A DNA stretch of 64,000 bases from Bdellovibrionota bacterium (GTDB lineage: Bacteria; Bdellovibrionota; UBA1018; CAIPTA01; JAALKR01). The notes below the pieces were generated by a model, which had not been told where the DNA came from, made no database searches, and saw only the letters and a program-made list of their open reading frames with translations. The translations under genes were made by a program, and so were the position numbers. Positions 30,056 through 40,473 of this stretch are shown in pieces (positions within the stretch are counted from its first letter, which is position 1; each line of letters starts with the position of its first letter). Location: positions 64,001-128,000 of the forward strand of contig CBDBMJ010000001.1 in NCBI GenBank assembly GCA_965207455.1. Direction: 5' to 3'.

Positions 30056-31872
30056 ATACCCATGAAAATTATTGGATTGTTCGAGACCCGAAATTTCATA
30101 TTTCTGGTCCCATGTCTCGTGCAGAGTTGGTGGACAAAGTTAAAAAGCAAGAGATTGATGTTGATTATGAAATAGCCCATTCTGCGGGTTATTGGTTTAA
30201 GGTGGAAAACAAGGAAGAGATACGAAGGCTTTTACCAGAGTTGCTTGGCGATGTGGAACGTTTAGTTCAGGATAAAACAGAGATAGATGTGAAGGAGAAA
30301 ACATCCAAGATATATTTGGATGGAGAAAGTTCTATGGATGGCACTAGTGTTGCTCAAAAAAAGCGCATGAAAGTACAAGAGGAGTTTACTGTTATTGGGG
30401 GAGAGCCTAGCGGGAATGTTTCTAAAGGTTCCAGTATGGAAATATTGAATGAGCCTCGAAGGGGACCCAAAAGGAAGTTCATGGTAGAAGAGGAGGAGAA
30501 ATTTGGCCTTTCTTTTTTGCTGGCTTGGCTGAAAAAGGAGAAAAAGAAAGCTATTGGGTTTTCTTGTTTTCTTTTGATTCTTTTAGTGAGTGGCATTTCC
30601 TGGTTTGTGCAAAAGCCGGCTACTGAGGAAGATATAAAGCAGGCTAGCATAGAAACCGACCTCAATAAATTCATTGATTTAAAAGGAACTTTTTTATTAA
30701 ATCAAGCCGAAGGTGCCAGAAGAATTTTAAGCGATCTTGAAAACAATAAATCCATAGAATGGCTTATGGCAAGAGCCTTATTTAACAGTCATTTTCTATT
30801 TAATTCCAGAGAGGCGATTCGAATACTTAAAACAACAGAGAATCGTTACAGCAAAAAAATGGATAAGAAAGAGGCATTGGAGATACACAATCTCATTGGA
30901 ATATATTCCTTAGATTGGAAACCTTCCCAGGCCTTGTATCGTCTGCAATTAGCGCAAGTGCTTGCTCCCAAAGATTTTATTATTCAATATAACTATGGTC
31001 TTGCTTTAGTAATGAGTAAAAAATATTCTGAAGCAAGACAGCACTTCAATTTAATTGCATTAAAAATAAAGGACGTACATTTATTGTCTCAAGTTTATTT
31101 TATGCTTGGAACTGTTCGCAACAAAGAATCTAAGGAGAATTATCAAAAAGCATTGGAATATAATCCATTCTATGGAGAGGCACGGATTATGTTGGCTCTT
31201 GATCAATGGGGAAGTAGGGAATTTGAAAAATCGCGAAATAATTTTCAATTGTTTTTAAATGGACTGCCGGGCTTTGTAGATGAACTCAATGTAAAGAATT
31301 ATCGTAAAGGTAAAATTAATAAAATATACGATAAAGCGAGAAATAAAGTGCGAGATTTGCTTATAAATCAGAAACCAGATGCCTTGCTTTTATCTGTAGA
31401 AGGAATGCTTTCCCTATTGCTAGGAGATCATGAAAAGGCCATTCGATCGTTTGAGCGTTCCCTTGGGCTTGAGCCAGGAAACATTTACGCACTCAATGGC
31501 ATTGCTTATTTTAAATTGAAGGAAGGAAAGGAAGCAGAAATTGAGGCTTTATTATTGGAAAAGACAAGAGATAATGAAAATAATTTTGCATCCTCTGTTC
31601 TTCTTGGTCAATCCTATTTAAAACAGGGAAAGTATAAAGAAGCTGCTATTGCATACACACAAATGACAAAAGAGTATTCCAATTTTAGTTATGCTTGGTC
31701 CTGGCTTGGATTAAGTGTGTTAAGTCTTGGCAATAAAGGGCAAAGCTTAGATTTTTTTAAAAACGCAAGGAAACGAAATCCTTTGGATTCCGTTGTTCTA
31801 GAAGTATTTACTAGAGTACAAAATCGATTTTATTTCAAGCCATACCAAGCTTATAATTTATTCCCCTTTTAG
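30052..31872 (+). CDS. TPR repeat membrane-anchored protein (GYF_2-like N-terminus)
   Basis: N-terminal W..GP motif, single TM, several TPR-like helical repeats. Confidence 0.7.
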   Translation: MNTHENYWIVRDPKFHISGPMSRAELVDKVKKQEIDVDYEIAHSAGYWFKVENKEEIRRLLPELLGDVERLVQDKTEIDVKEKTSKIYLDGESSMDGTSVAQKKRMKVQEEFTVIGGEPSGNVSKGSSMEILNEPRRGPKRKFMVEEEEKFGLSFLLAWLKKEKKKAIGFSCFLLILLVSGISWFVQKPATEEDIKQASIETDLNKFIDLKGTFLLNQAEGARRILSDLENNKSIEWLMARALFNSHFLFNSREAIRILKTTENRYSKKMDKKEALEIHNLIGIYSLDWKPSQALYRLQLAQVLAPKDFIIQYNYGLALVMSKKYSEARQHFNLIALKIKDVHLLSQVYFMLGTVRNKESKENYQKALEYNPFYGEARIMLALDQWGSREFEKSRNNFQLFLNGLPGFVDELNVKNYRKGKINKIYDKARNKVRDLLINQKPDALLLSVEGMLSLLLGDHEKAIRSFERSLGLEPGNIYALNGIAYFKLKEGKEAEIEALLLEKTRDNENNFASSVLLGQSYLKQGKYKEAAIAYTQMTKEYSNFSYAWSWLGLSVLSLGNKGQSLDFFKNARKRNPLDSVVLEVFTRVQNRFYFKPYQAYNLFPF

Positions 31873-31875
31873 TTC

Positions 31876-33048
31876 ATGAAACTCAAGACCTTTCAAGCAG
31901 CCTATTACTCTAAAAAATTGCACAAAGAACTGCCTGAGATTGCCATACCCACTTGGTCCGTGGAAGAACTATGGGGAAAGAAAGATGGTGAGTATTGTTT
32001 TCGAAACTTGTTGGTGGGAGATGCCAAGGATTGTGCAGCACTTTGGGAGGAGTGGAAACATTCCGGTATTATTGTACAAGATTTGGAGTATGCATTTTAT
32101 GTTTTACAGCAAAATTTTTTATTTTCTGGTCAACGCCACACTAGGTGGGCTTTATATGCTGGTTTGGCTGTGGAGCCAAACTCTATTTTTATTCATGAAG
32201 ATGTATCACCTGCAGGGGTGGAAAACACCCATGCTCGAATGTTGGAGAACAAGGCAGACCTCACTCCCATTTATGTGGGTTTTTCCGAGGAGAGGCGAGA
32301 TATTTTCGCCCAAATGTTGCAAACAGCGGTGAAGGGACTCTCCCCCTTGCTTCACTATAAAGAATCTCCAGATGCTAGCCATACCCTATGGAGGGTGGGG
32401 GATCCACCTACGGTGAAGGCCCTTGAGACGTTCTTTCTTCAGGAGAGTTTATATCTTTTAGACGGTCATCATCGTTGGAGTGCTGCTCTGAGAGTTCACT
32501 CATCAAAACAGGGAGATGGAAGAATGTTGGCTTGTATTTCTTCCATGGGACGAGAGGATGTGTTGAATCTTCCCATTCATCGTGCTGTTCTTCATGAACC
32601 GTGGTTACTCCCTGATGTGGGATTAAAAGATTTACAGAGATGGGGTTGTGTTGTGGCAAAGAGTTTGCCGTTAGGAACTTTGGACCTGAAGATCTATTTA
32701 GAGAGCTTGCCAAAAAACCAATTTTATATTTTGTTTGCTCAGAGTCCAGTCCTATACCAAATAGAAGCACCCGTGGGGAAAAAGAGCACGGTGGTGGAAG
32801 TATTAGAGGATATGTTTGCCAGTAAACTTCCTAGTTCTAGGCTGGTGCCGGGCCTAGAGCCCCAAATTTTATTGGAGGAGTTAGCCATGGGGCAAGCTCA
32901 GGCCGTTATTTTTTTAGGCAGCATTTCTCCAGAGGTGGTACGTGCCACTGGGGAGAGGGGAGGGAGGCTTCCTCGTAAATCTACTCGGTTTTACCCCAAG
33001 CCTGCGCTGGGGATTATTTGTCGTCCATGGAGTCTAGGCGAAAAATAA
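31876..33048 (+). CDS. DUF1015 family protein
   Basis: IHED, DGHHR, LPIHR, LPRKSTRFYPK. Confidence 0.85.
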   Translation: MKLKTFQAAYYSKKLHKELPEIAIPTWSVEELWGKKDGEYCFRNLLVGDAKDCAALWEEWKHSGIIVQDLEYAFYVLQQNFLFSGQRHTRWALYAGLAVEPNSIFIHEDVSPAGVENTHARMLENKADLTPIYVGFSEERRDIFAQMLQTAVKGLSPLLHYKESPDASHTLWRVGDPPTVKALETFFLQESLYLLDGHHRWSAALRVHSSKQGDGRMLACISSMGREDVLNLPIHRAVLHEPWLLPDVGLKDLQRWGCVVAKSLPLGTLDLKIYLESLPKNQFYILFAQSPVLYQIEAPVGKKSTVVEVLEDMFASKLPSSRLVPGLEPQILLEELAMGQAQAVIFLGSISPEVVRATGERGGRLPRKSTRFYPKPALGIICRPWSLGEK

Positions 33049-33355
33049 TACGATGCACGGTTTTTTTACCCAACTCCTCATTGAGTCGTTTTTTTAACTC
33101 TTCACGACGAAAGCTCAATTCCGTGACCCAGGTGGGATGGGAAACCCCCACAAAAAGTCTTCCATGGCGGAAGCTTTGGGGTCGGCTATGTTTGGCGATG
33201 GCTCCTCCTACCACCTTTCCCCAAACCTCCCATATTTTATAGTTTTGAATAGGAGCGGGGTTTTGGTTTATGGTACGTTGGAATGTTCTTTGCAGAATGG
33301 CGGATAGACGCTCGGGGCCATTGCTGTCTGGGTTATCCTTGGAAGAAACTGCCAT
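33014..33355 (-). CDS. dciA: DUF721/DciA family protein
   Basis: WGKVVGGAIAKHSRP..LFVGVSHPTWVTEL. Confidence 0.85.
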   Translation of the reverse strand: MAVSSKDNPDSNGPERLSAILQRTFQRTINQNPAPIQNYKIWEVWGKVVGGAIAKHSRPQSFRHGRLFVGVSHPTWVTELSFRREELKKRLNEELGKKTVHRIIFRLDSMDDK

Positions 33356-33397
33356 TTGTGGAGGATAGCAAAGGGGAAATATGGTAGGCAAGGGAGA

Positions 33398-34003
33398 GTG
33401 AATCAGAAACAAACAGTAGGGAGGTGGCAAGCATTTTTAGCGCTGCTTGGTTTCGTGGCATTGGTTTTTAGCGCATGTGGTTATCAGTTCCAGCATACCG
33501 TCAACCCACTGAAAAAATTGGGAATTCAGAAAATTTATGTGGAAATTTTTGAGAATAGAACCTTGTTCCCAGGGGTGGAGCATTTTTTTACTACAGCGAT
33601 GGTGCGTGAAATTAGTCACTCCAAGAGTTTTCAATTAGTCAATCAGCGTGCTGCTGCTGACGCTATTCTTAAGGGCAGTGTCTATGGTGCACAGAATACT
33701 CCTTCCACCATTCAGGTGAAATTAGAGGATGCTAGCCTTGTGAGTGTTGCCAATACTTTTTATTCTAAAATTCGTTGTGCGATTACTATGGTGGATAGGG
33801 ATGGGAAGGTTATTCTTAGTCGTACTTTTGTGAGGAATAAAAACCATCCAGCCGCACTTGTTCTGGATAGCAATTTTCATATAAAGAAAGATGCTAATGT
33901 TACTGCCCCACTTATCAATAATAGTGAGCAACGGATTACCTATAGGTTTTTAGCAAAAGAAATGATGTCCAATGCGTACCAATATATTATAGGTGTATTT
34001 TAA
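33398..34003 (+). CDS. lptE: LPS assembly lipoprotein LptE family
   Basis: FSACGYQF lipobox, FENRT, ADAILKG; lies upstream of holA. Confidence 0.8.
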   Translation: MNQKQTVGRWQAFLALLGFVALVFSACGYQFQHTVNPLKKLGIQKIYVEIFENRTLFPGVEHFFTTAMVREISHSKSFQLVNQRAAADAILKGSVYGAQNTPSTIQVKLEDASLVSVANTFYSKIRCAITMVDRDGKVILSRTFVRNKNHPAALVLDSNFHIKKDANVTAPLINNSEQRITYRFLAKEMMSNAYQYIIGVF

Positions 34004-34996
34004 ATGCCTGTGGTGACAGAAAGAAAAATCATGGAGGAGCTTTCTCGAAAGAAAAAGCGAGGTGCTTATTATTTCTATGGACAGGAGCGATTTAAGATAG
34101 AGGATTTCATATCTCAGCTAACAAAAAAATATGGCAGTGATGGGAGAGAGGTTTTTTATGGAGATGAGGTAAGGGTAGGTGTGGTGGTGGAGGCATGCCA
34201 AAGTTTATCTTTATTTCAGTCTGAGAGATGCCTTTTGATACGAAAGGCAGATAGTATTGCAGATAAGGATTGGCCTTTGCTGGAGTTGATGTTGGAAAAG
34301 TTACCCGAAGATATTTGCATTATATTTTCTGGTCATAAACTAGATATGCGAAAAAAGAAGTCTCAGAGGTTGGTAAAAAACCCTCATTTAGCCCTAGTTC
34401 GTTGCGATGCCATTGCTATTCATGAGGTGGGTTTTTGGGCGAAAAAACTAGCTCAAAGACAGGGGAAAAAAATTCATTTCGATGCCATTGCCACACTCCA
34501 AGATCTTTGTGGCAATTCTTTGTATGAAATCTTTCACACCGTAGAGAAAGCCGGGCTTTTTGCAAGCCATGGAATGATTGAAAAAGAGCATGTGGAGGCG
34601 GTAACAGTGCGAACAAGGGCAGAGGATGTTTTTGTTTACTCCAATGCGGTTGCATCTAAAAATTTAAAGCAAGCACTAGAGGCCCTACACTATTTATATG
34701 ATCAGGGGCAGGAGCCAATTGCTCTCATTGGACTGCTTACACGACAGTACAGGTGGATGTTGGAAATCCAATCACGTCAAATGGAAAACGAAAGCGATCA
34801 AGAGATTGCCCAAGCCATGGGTTTGTATCCTAAAATGGCACGTCACCTATGGATAGCCACGCGGAAGAGAAGCCCTAAGGTCTTGCGAAAGGATTTATCT
34901 GCGCTCTATAGTGCAGACCTTGCTTTGAAGCAAAGTGGAGAGCCTCCCCATTTGGTGATGAATCGCCTTACTTTAGATTTATTGAGGGATTTATAG
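34004..34996 (+). CDS. holA: DNA polymerase III delta subunit
   Basis: YYFYGQERF, SLSLF, DMRKK, ADLALK; lptE-holA synteny. Confidence 0.9.
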   Translation: MPVVTERKIMEELSRKKKRGAYYFYGQERFKIEDFISQLTKKYGSDGREVFYGDEVRVGVVVEACQSLSLFQSERCLLIRKADSIADKDWPLLELMLEKLPEDICIIFSGHKLDMRKKKSQRLVKNPHLALVRCDAIAIHEVGFWAKKLAQRQGKKIHFDAIATLQDLCGNSLYEIFHTVEKAGLFASHGMIEKEHVEAVTVRTRAEDVFVYSNAVASKNLKQALEALHYLYDQGQEPIALIGLLTRQYRWMLEIQSRQMENESDQEIAQAMGLYPKMARHLWIATRKRSPKVLRKDLSALYSADLALKQSGEPPHLVMNRLTLDLLRDL

Positions 34997-35008
34997 GGTT
35001 CTAGTTGA

Positions 35009-36085
35009 TTAGAGTGTGCGATCGGTGGACGAGGAAAGAACGGATATTCTTTGTAAAAAATATTCCACAGTGGCCTGTATATATTCCAGGGATTCTTGGT
35101 GACCTGTGGGAAGTTTTTTAGAACCTCCTACTTGGTTAAAATGGTCGAGCATTTTATAAAACTGTTGTCGTATAACGGGTCGGGCAGATTCGTAGGCGTA
35201 GAGAGGATTTGTAATCACTTTGAGTTTAGTTAACTGGTCTGGAGCATTGAAGTAGCTTTGTAGGCTTTCTTGAATGGAGTTACTTAAGGTGCGACTCCAA
35301 TAGTTATTGAGTTGTAAAAATGCGGGGAGAGCTATGGTAAGGGCTTTATTGAGGCACAGGCCCCGTTCTTCAAACCATGTATAGATTTTTTTACTGGCTT
35401 GTTGGAGGTTAATATTTTTTGGGGGAGGAATGGCTTCGCATTTTCTTAGGATATGGTAGGTACGCAGCCAAATGAATCGCCCCTTAAGGCTAGCAAAGTT
35501 TTCTTTGGATTCTTGAATTCTGTTTTCAGTGGCAGAGTCCAGAAGTTCTTCGGCTTCTCCCAGAGCTTCTTTTCCTCCTAGCTGTTGACCTGTGCGTATC
35601 AGTGCTTCTACCCAAAGTAGTTTTATGAGTACTTTGTTGTCGTAGTACATGGATATGTTTTGCGCTTCTGTGGCAAGAGTTACCATTTTTTTCCACAGGC
35701 TAAGGGCTTTATAGCAAATCAGTAGGGTGATGTATGTATTGGGTAGGAGTTTGGAATTTGGATTTTCTTTTACAAATTGTTCAAGGAAATCGCTGGCTTC
35801 TTGGTATTCATTTAAGGAGTAGTGGATCAGTCCTTGGTAGTAGGGAACTAGGTGGAAATCTCTTAGGGTAGCGTCCTTTTTATTTAAAGTACTGAGTATT
35901 TTGAGAGCATTTTCATATTTACCTGCCTCATAGGCTTGTATGGCTGAATCAAGCTGGTCATTCTCCAGTGTGATGTGTTTGCTTGCTTTGGTTTCTGTTG
36001 GCTTGAGTGCTGTTGGTTTCGTTTGAGGGGTGCTGCAATTGCAGAGGATGAGGAGTATATGCAGGAGGAAGAGATTTTTTTTCAT
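35009..36085 (-). CDS. TPR lipoprotein, function unknown
   Basis: Lipoprotein-like N-terminus (ILCNC); TPR-like YYQGLIHY..YQEA..NPNS. Confidence 0.65.
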   Translation of the reverse strand: MKKNLFLLHILLILCNCSTPQTKPTALKPTETKASKHITLENDQLDSAIQAYEAGKYENALKILSTLNKKDATLRDFHLVPYYQGLIHYSLNEYQEASDFLEQFVKENPNSKLLPNTYITLLICYKALSLWKKMVTLATEAQNISMYYDNKVLIKLLWVEALIRTGQQLGGKEALGEAEELLDSATENRIQESKENFASLKGRFIWLRTYHILRKCEAIPPPKNINLQQASKKIYTWFEERGLCLNKALTIALPAFLQLNNYWSRTLSNSIQESLQSYFNAPDQLTKLKVITNPLYAYESARPVIRQQFYKMLDHFNQVGGSKKLPTGHQESLEYIQATVEYFLQRISVLSSSTDRTL

Positions 36086-36106
36086 TATAGTTTTATGTTT
36101 TTCTGT

Positions 36107-37198
36107 TTATAGGGTCAGGTATGTACTTATTTTTTCTAAGACCTCTATAGAATTTATATCTCGATTTACTTCAGGAATCAATACGGTGGGTAAAGAATAT
36201 TTTTTTTGAACGGATTGTATATTGTTTTTTTCCTGTTGTACCTGCTTATATAGTTTCACATAATTTTGATGAATTTCGTCCATGGTTTCCGGGTACTCTT
36301 TTTTTAGGGTTGACGGATCACGGGTACAAAGGTGGCTTAGGCTGCGATTAACAATAAGAGCTAGGGTGGAGAAATTCTGGGATGTGGTGGTTTTCCAGAA
36401 TGAAAAGAGATCCTGTTGCTGAATGGATTCAGGGGTGGTGATAAATAAAATTCCAGAGTCCTTGCTCTTGAGTAGTTGAAGGATTTGGGATTGGTGAGAG
36501 AGAAAAGCATGTTTTATGGGGTAGAGTTGAGGGGTGATTTCCATAAGGTCTCGGAGGGCACCTTCTCCAGTGATTTTTGAGAGTAGGTTTAAGGCTGTTT
36601 TTGTTCCCTTGGCTCGAAAGTATTCCACGATTCCTTTGGATTTTGGTTCTGTGAGGAACCATTGAAAAATTCTATCGTCAAAGAAGCGCCCTATTTTCTC
36701 AGGGGCATCTAAAAACTCCAAGGCATTTCTTGTGGGTGGGGTGTCTAGAACAATGGTGTCGTAGCGATTGGACTGGTACATGGTATAGAGTTCTTCCATT
36801 ACTAAATAGTCATGGGTGCCGGCGTTTGGGTGAGACAGGAGTTGAAAAAGAGTATTTTTATTGAGTAGTTGTGCCTTTTCCTTGCCACCAGTGTTGAGGA
36901 TGAACTTTTCCAGGGTTTTTTGCGAATCAAAGGCAGTGGCATAAAGAGCGCCTGGAATTTTTCTTTTTAAGGCACTCTCTAGGTGCTTGTTTATTTTTTT
37001 AGGTTCAGAGGTGAGCTCATTTAATCCCATTGCTGTAGCTAAACGTTTGGCTGGATCGATGGTGATGAGTCCCACTCGTTTTCCAGAGGAAGCCAGACTT
37101 AGGGCAATGGCCGACGATATGCTTGTTTTTCCTATACCGCCAGTGCCGCATAAAAGTAGGATTTTTTTATTCTGTATTTCTTTAGCTAAGCTTTGCAT
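36107..37198 (-). CDS. ArsA/GET3-like ATPase
   Basis: CGTGGIGKT, TIDPAKRLA, DTPP. Confidence 0.9.
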   Translation of the reverse strand: MQSLAKEIQNKKILLLCGTGGIGKTSISSAIALSLASSGKRVGLITIDPAKRLATAMGLNELTSEPKKINKHLESALKRKIPGALYATAFDSQKTLEKFILNTGGKEKAQLLNKNTLFQLLSHPNAGTHDYLVMEELYTMYQSNRYDTIVLDTPPTRNALEFLDAPEKIGRFFDDRIFQWFLTEPKSKGIVEYFRAKGTKTALNLLSKITGEGALRDLMEITPQLYPIKHAFLSHQSQILQLLKSKDSGILFITTPESIQQQDLFSFWKTTTSQNFSTLALIVNRSLSHLCTRDPSTLKKEYPETMDEIHQNYVKLYKQVQQEKNNIQSVQKKYSLPTVLIPEVNRDINSIEVLEKISTYLTL

Positions 37199-38138
37199 TG
37201 GATTGCTCTAAAAAATGTTTCCCCAGACCTAAGAGAATTTCCTGTTCTGTTTCGGCAAACAGGAAGGGAAGGGAGAGGGTTTGGGGGTAGTTTTGGAGAA
37301 AGAGTTTATGGTGGTGACTTTCTTGCTGGTGGCGTTTTTGGGAATAGTCCCAAGCAGAACTATAATCAGGGCCTGTTTGCTCGGGCACTGTGACCGACGA
37401 AGGGGTGAGCAGTGGATAGCACTTATTCATAATGGGCAGGGGAGGGGGAAATGTGCTTTGTAGTTTGTCGATGAATTCCCTGGCTTCAGTGGTTGCCATT
37501 TCTTCTGGCAAGCAAGTAAACAGGATCGCTGTTTTTTCCCTATCTTCGAGAAAACTTTGTATTTGTTGGGTGTTTTTATAGAGAGGGCCCTTTTTCGTTA
37601 TGTTTGCAAAATTACTGGGCGATTGGAGTAGGGAAATACCATGACCGCTGGCAGGAGCGTCGAGAAGAACAATATCTGGCCGATCCAGTGTTTTCTCTTG
37701 CTCCAGGGTATGCCAAATTTTTCCCAGTGTTAGGAGTCCGGGAAGTCCTGGTACTACTTTTAGTAGTGATGTGGTTACAGGATTGCGTAGAATAAGTTTG
37801 GTGAGTTTTTGGGATCGGATTTTGAGTTGAATATACTCCATGAGTGCGTCCTGGAACGCCACCTGTGAGGCGAGGATGGATCCACCGCTGTTCAGGGGGT
37901 TGGCAGCGGACTTGGGCACAAAGCCGAGAGAGGGGAGGTTGAGGAGTTCTGCAAATCGGGTAAATCCTTGGTGCTTATCGTGAGACATCTCCACTACCAG
38001 GGTTTTTTTGCCTAAGGCGTTCAGAGCGAGGGCAAGGGCACAGGTAATGATGGACTTTCCCGTACCCCCCTTTCCCGTAATTACGATAAATCGACGAGAC
38101 TGGAGTTTCCATAGCCAAGATTGCATATGCTCGAACAT
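37182..38138 (-). CDS. ArsA/GET3-like ATPase (partner)
   Basis: TGKGGTGKS, VPGL, DAPASGH, LPEEM. Confidence 0.9.
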   Translation of the reverse strand: MFEHMQSWLWKLQSRRFIVITGKGGTGKSIITCALALALNALGKKTLVVEMSHDKHQGFTRFAELLNLPSLGFVPKSAANPLNSGGSILASQVAFQDALMEYIQLKIRSQKLTKLILRNPVTTSLLKVVPGLPGLLTLGKIWHTLEQEKTLDRPDIVLLDAPASGHGISLLQSPSNFANITKKGPLYKNTQQIQSFLEDREKTAILFTCLPEEMATTEAREFIDKLQSTFPPPLPIMNKCYPLLTPSSVTVPEQTGPDYSSAWDYSQKRHQQESHHHKLFLQNYPQTLSLPFLFAETEQEILLGLGKHFLEQSNAKLS

Positions 38139-38230
38139 AGCCCAATCAACAGCGTTTACAAAGGGACAATGTCTGTGGCATGAGTATTAGGACAGTTCAT
38201 TTTTCAGATAGTCCGAATCTAGTTAAAAAT

Positions 38231-38306
38231 GGGCCCTTAGCTCAGCTGGTAGAGCACTACCGTGGCACGGTAGGGGTCAGGAGTTCGATTCTCCTAGGGT
38301 CCACCA
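38231..38306 (+). tRNA. tRNA-Ala(GGC)
   Basis: Cloverleaf with GGGCCCT/AGGGTCC acceptor stem carrying G3-U70, anticodon arm CTACC-GTGGCAC-GGTAG, TTCGA T-loop and encoded CCA. Confidence 0.97.
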
Positions 38307-40072
38307 AGTGAAACGATGTTCGAATTTTCTGACTTCAAGATTGCCAGCCCTTTTTTGGGGTCATCTGCACATTCTAACGCATATTCCCCGAAGTATTCCA
38401 AGGTTATCTTGTCTGTTCCCACTAGGACTCTTTTTATAAATTTGCTCAGTAGCTTCCTTGTCTGAAAGTTGGATAGCTTGGAAAAACTCTTATTAACCAT
38501 CTTAAAGGTATGGAACATCGCTTCTGAGGAAATAATGCCTGATTGTAGCTTAGACCTCTGCTCTCTGAGGGATAGAACTGCCTTCTCTGTGCTTTTGATG
38601 ACTTCTCCTAGCTTATCCAGTTCCTTCAATAAAAGGTCGCGGCTACAGTCGTTCTTGGACCTAGCAAGGGATCTCATAATTCCTTCGAGTTCTGGATCAA
38701 GGTGCTTTCTTTCTTCTATTTTGGACTGTATTAAGACTTTTATATCTTTTAGGCGAGTTTCCTTGTCCTGATTAGCTTTTTTTGTGATTTCCAGCAATAT
38801 GCTCCTATCCTTGGCTAATTCCTTTAATCGGGAGAAGACCTGTTTCTCTATTTTATCACCATGGACATACTCTAGATCGCATCTCTCATTGTGTCGGTTT
38901 CCTTTTAGTAGCATTTTTCTTTTATGTCCATAATAGTAATAGGGCTTATCATTGGAGACAGTAGACTTTCCCACCAGCTTTTCTCCGCATAGATCACAAT
39001 ATAGCAGCCCAGATAGAGTATAGTTATATTTGCTCTTGGTTTTTCTTAGGTTTTTTCTGTTATTAGATAAAGTAGATTGGACTTCATCGAACATCTCTTG
39101 ACTAATAATAGGCTCCCACTGTCCATCGTATATTTCGTATTTGTCTGTGCGTTTCAGTGATTCTTGATTCTTATTGCGATTGGTTTTATTATATTCCCTT
39201 TTACCTATATAGGTTAAATTTGTGAGTGTTCTGTAAGTCGTGGTATGGGTCCAGCGGCTGCCGCCCCTGTGGTTTCGAGCTTTTGTTGTGATATAGCTCT
39301 TGGTTTTATATCCATAATCGTTTAGAAAAGATATTGTGCTTGAAATAGAACCTAGTTCTAAAAATTTCTGAAATATAAGTTGCACGATAGGCTTTTCCTT
39401 TTCATTTACTACTAGGTGACATCTTTTATCGGGGTGTGGGTCGTAGCCCAGTAAGCGGCTCCCTCCATTGGTTAATCCTCTCTCTGCTCTAGCATGCACG
39501 CCATTTTTTATACGCTCAACGGTGGTTTTTCGTTCAAACTGTGCAAAGCTAATTAATTGAAGCACCATAAGCTCGCCCATAGCCGTAGAGGTGTCAAAGT
39601 TTTCCTTTAGGCTAAGAAATGTTGTGTCGTTTTCTTTTAGAAAACCCCAGAGTTGACAGAAATCTTTTACATTACGGCTTAGACGTGAAAGTTCAGTAAC
39701 GATAACAGCATTGACTTTGCCTAACTCCATATCTCGGTACATTTCTTTGAAAGCAGGGCGGTTCATGTTTTTTTCTGAATAGTCTTTGTCTACATAGGTT
39801 TTAACAATAGTTCCCCACTTGGGTTGTGATAGATTTTTCATATCTACAAAACTTTTTATTCTTTGGGGGTGTGAAACTAGGGAGCCTTCTTCTCTAATCT
39901 CATCGCTGGGGGAGAGCCGAATATAGGCTGCAAGTCTGTATTTATAGTCCGATTGCTTCTTTAAAACTCGCTCCTTCCTGCTCATAGCATCTATTATGCT
40001 TGGATTTTCTTCTTGTGCTATTTTTCTCCATGCATGTGACGAGTATTCTTGCGATTTGTTTGATTCTTTCAT
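38294..40072 (-). CDS. Large serine recombinase (resolvase, recombinase and zinc-ribbon domains); alternative start 39985
   Basis: YIRLS catalytic motif, ELSRLSR, ENFDTST..G, FAQFER, LLYCDLCG and a coiled coil; stop codon lies inside the tRNA. Confidence 0.92.
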   Translation of the reverse strand: MKESNKSQEYSSHAWRKIAQEENPSIIDAMSRKERVLKKQSDYKYRLAAYIRLSPSDEIREEGSLVSHPQRIKSFVDMKNLSQPKWGTIVKTYVDKDYSEKNMNRPAFKEMYRDMELGKVNAVIVTELSRLSRNVKDFCQLWGFLKENDTTFLSLKENFDTSTAMGELMVLQLISFAQFERKTTVERIKNGVHARAERGLTNGGSRLLGYDPHPDKRCHLVVNEKEKPIVQLIFQKFLELGSISSTISFLNDYGYKTKSYITTKARNHRGGSRWTHTTTYRTLTNLTYIGKREYNKTNRNKNQESLKRTDKYEIYDGQWEPIISQEMFDEVQSTLSNNRKNLRKTKSKYNYTLSGLLYCDLCGEKLVGKSTVSNDKPYYYYGHKRKMLLKGNRHNERCDLEYVHGDKIEKQVFSRLKELAKDRSILLEITKKANQDKETRLKDIKVLIQSKIEERKHLDPELEGIMRSLARSKNDCSRDLLLKELDKLGEVIKSTEKAVLSLREQRSKLQSGIISSEAMFHTFKMVNKSFSKLSNFQTRKLLSKFIKRVLVGTDKITLEYFGEYALECADDPKKGLAILKSENSNIVSLGGP

Positions 40073-40163
40073 TATTTTCTTCCTTACTTATTGGACATAG
40101 TTTCATTTCTATCTTGTATTGCTTGGGGTAATCCTTGGTACGGCGGTTGTATTTGCGTACCAT
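39942..40163 (-). CDS. Small hypothetical protein upstream of the recombinase
   Basis: 73-aa ORF with GAGGG RBS, co-oriented with XRE and recombinase. Confidence 0.45.
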   Translation of the reverse strand: MVRKYNRRTKDYPKQYKIEMKLCPISKEENNERIKQIARILVTCMEKNSTRRKSKHNRCYEQEGASFKEAIGL

Positions 40164-40181
40164 AATCCCTCCTATTGTAAA

Positions 40182-40403
40182 TCATTTTATAGCTTGTCTT
40201 TTCATGCCGTTTAAAATCTGTAAAGATTTCTTCTTGGGAATTTTGCCTAGATAGGATAAGAGCCTCCGTAGAGGCTCGTTTGGTGTTCTCCTTTTGGTCT
40301 CCCACATGCAAACAACGGTCTTGCTGTGAGAACCCAGAAGGTCGGAAAATTCCTCTTGGGTAAGCCCTAGCTTTGTTCTTAATTTTTTGACTACTTCTGA
40401 CAT
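40182..40403 (-). CDS. XRE family HTH protein
   Basis: LRTKLGLTQEEFSDLLG..TVVCMWETKRRTP. Confidence 0.88.
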   Translation of the reverse strand: MSEVVKKLRTKLGLTQEEFSDLLGSHSKTVVCMWETKRRTPNEPLRRLLSYLGKIPKKKSLQILNGMKRQAIK

Positions 40404-40473
40404 TTGGCAACATACTACCCCTGCTTTCCATTATTGTCTAGTATAGAATAACCGATAGTTTATCAAAAGTAAA

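Noticed and set aside
36107..38138. Arsenic resistance operon
   Set aside because: No arsB, arsC, arsR or arsD; the tandem pair fits the common GET3-like ArsA homologues
40084..40431. 115-aa ORF
   Set aside because: It overlaps the clear XRE gene in another frame and shows no motif
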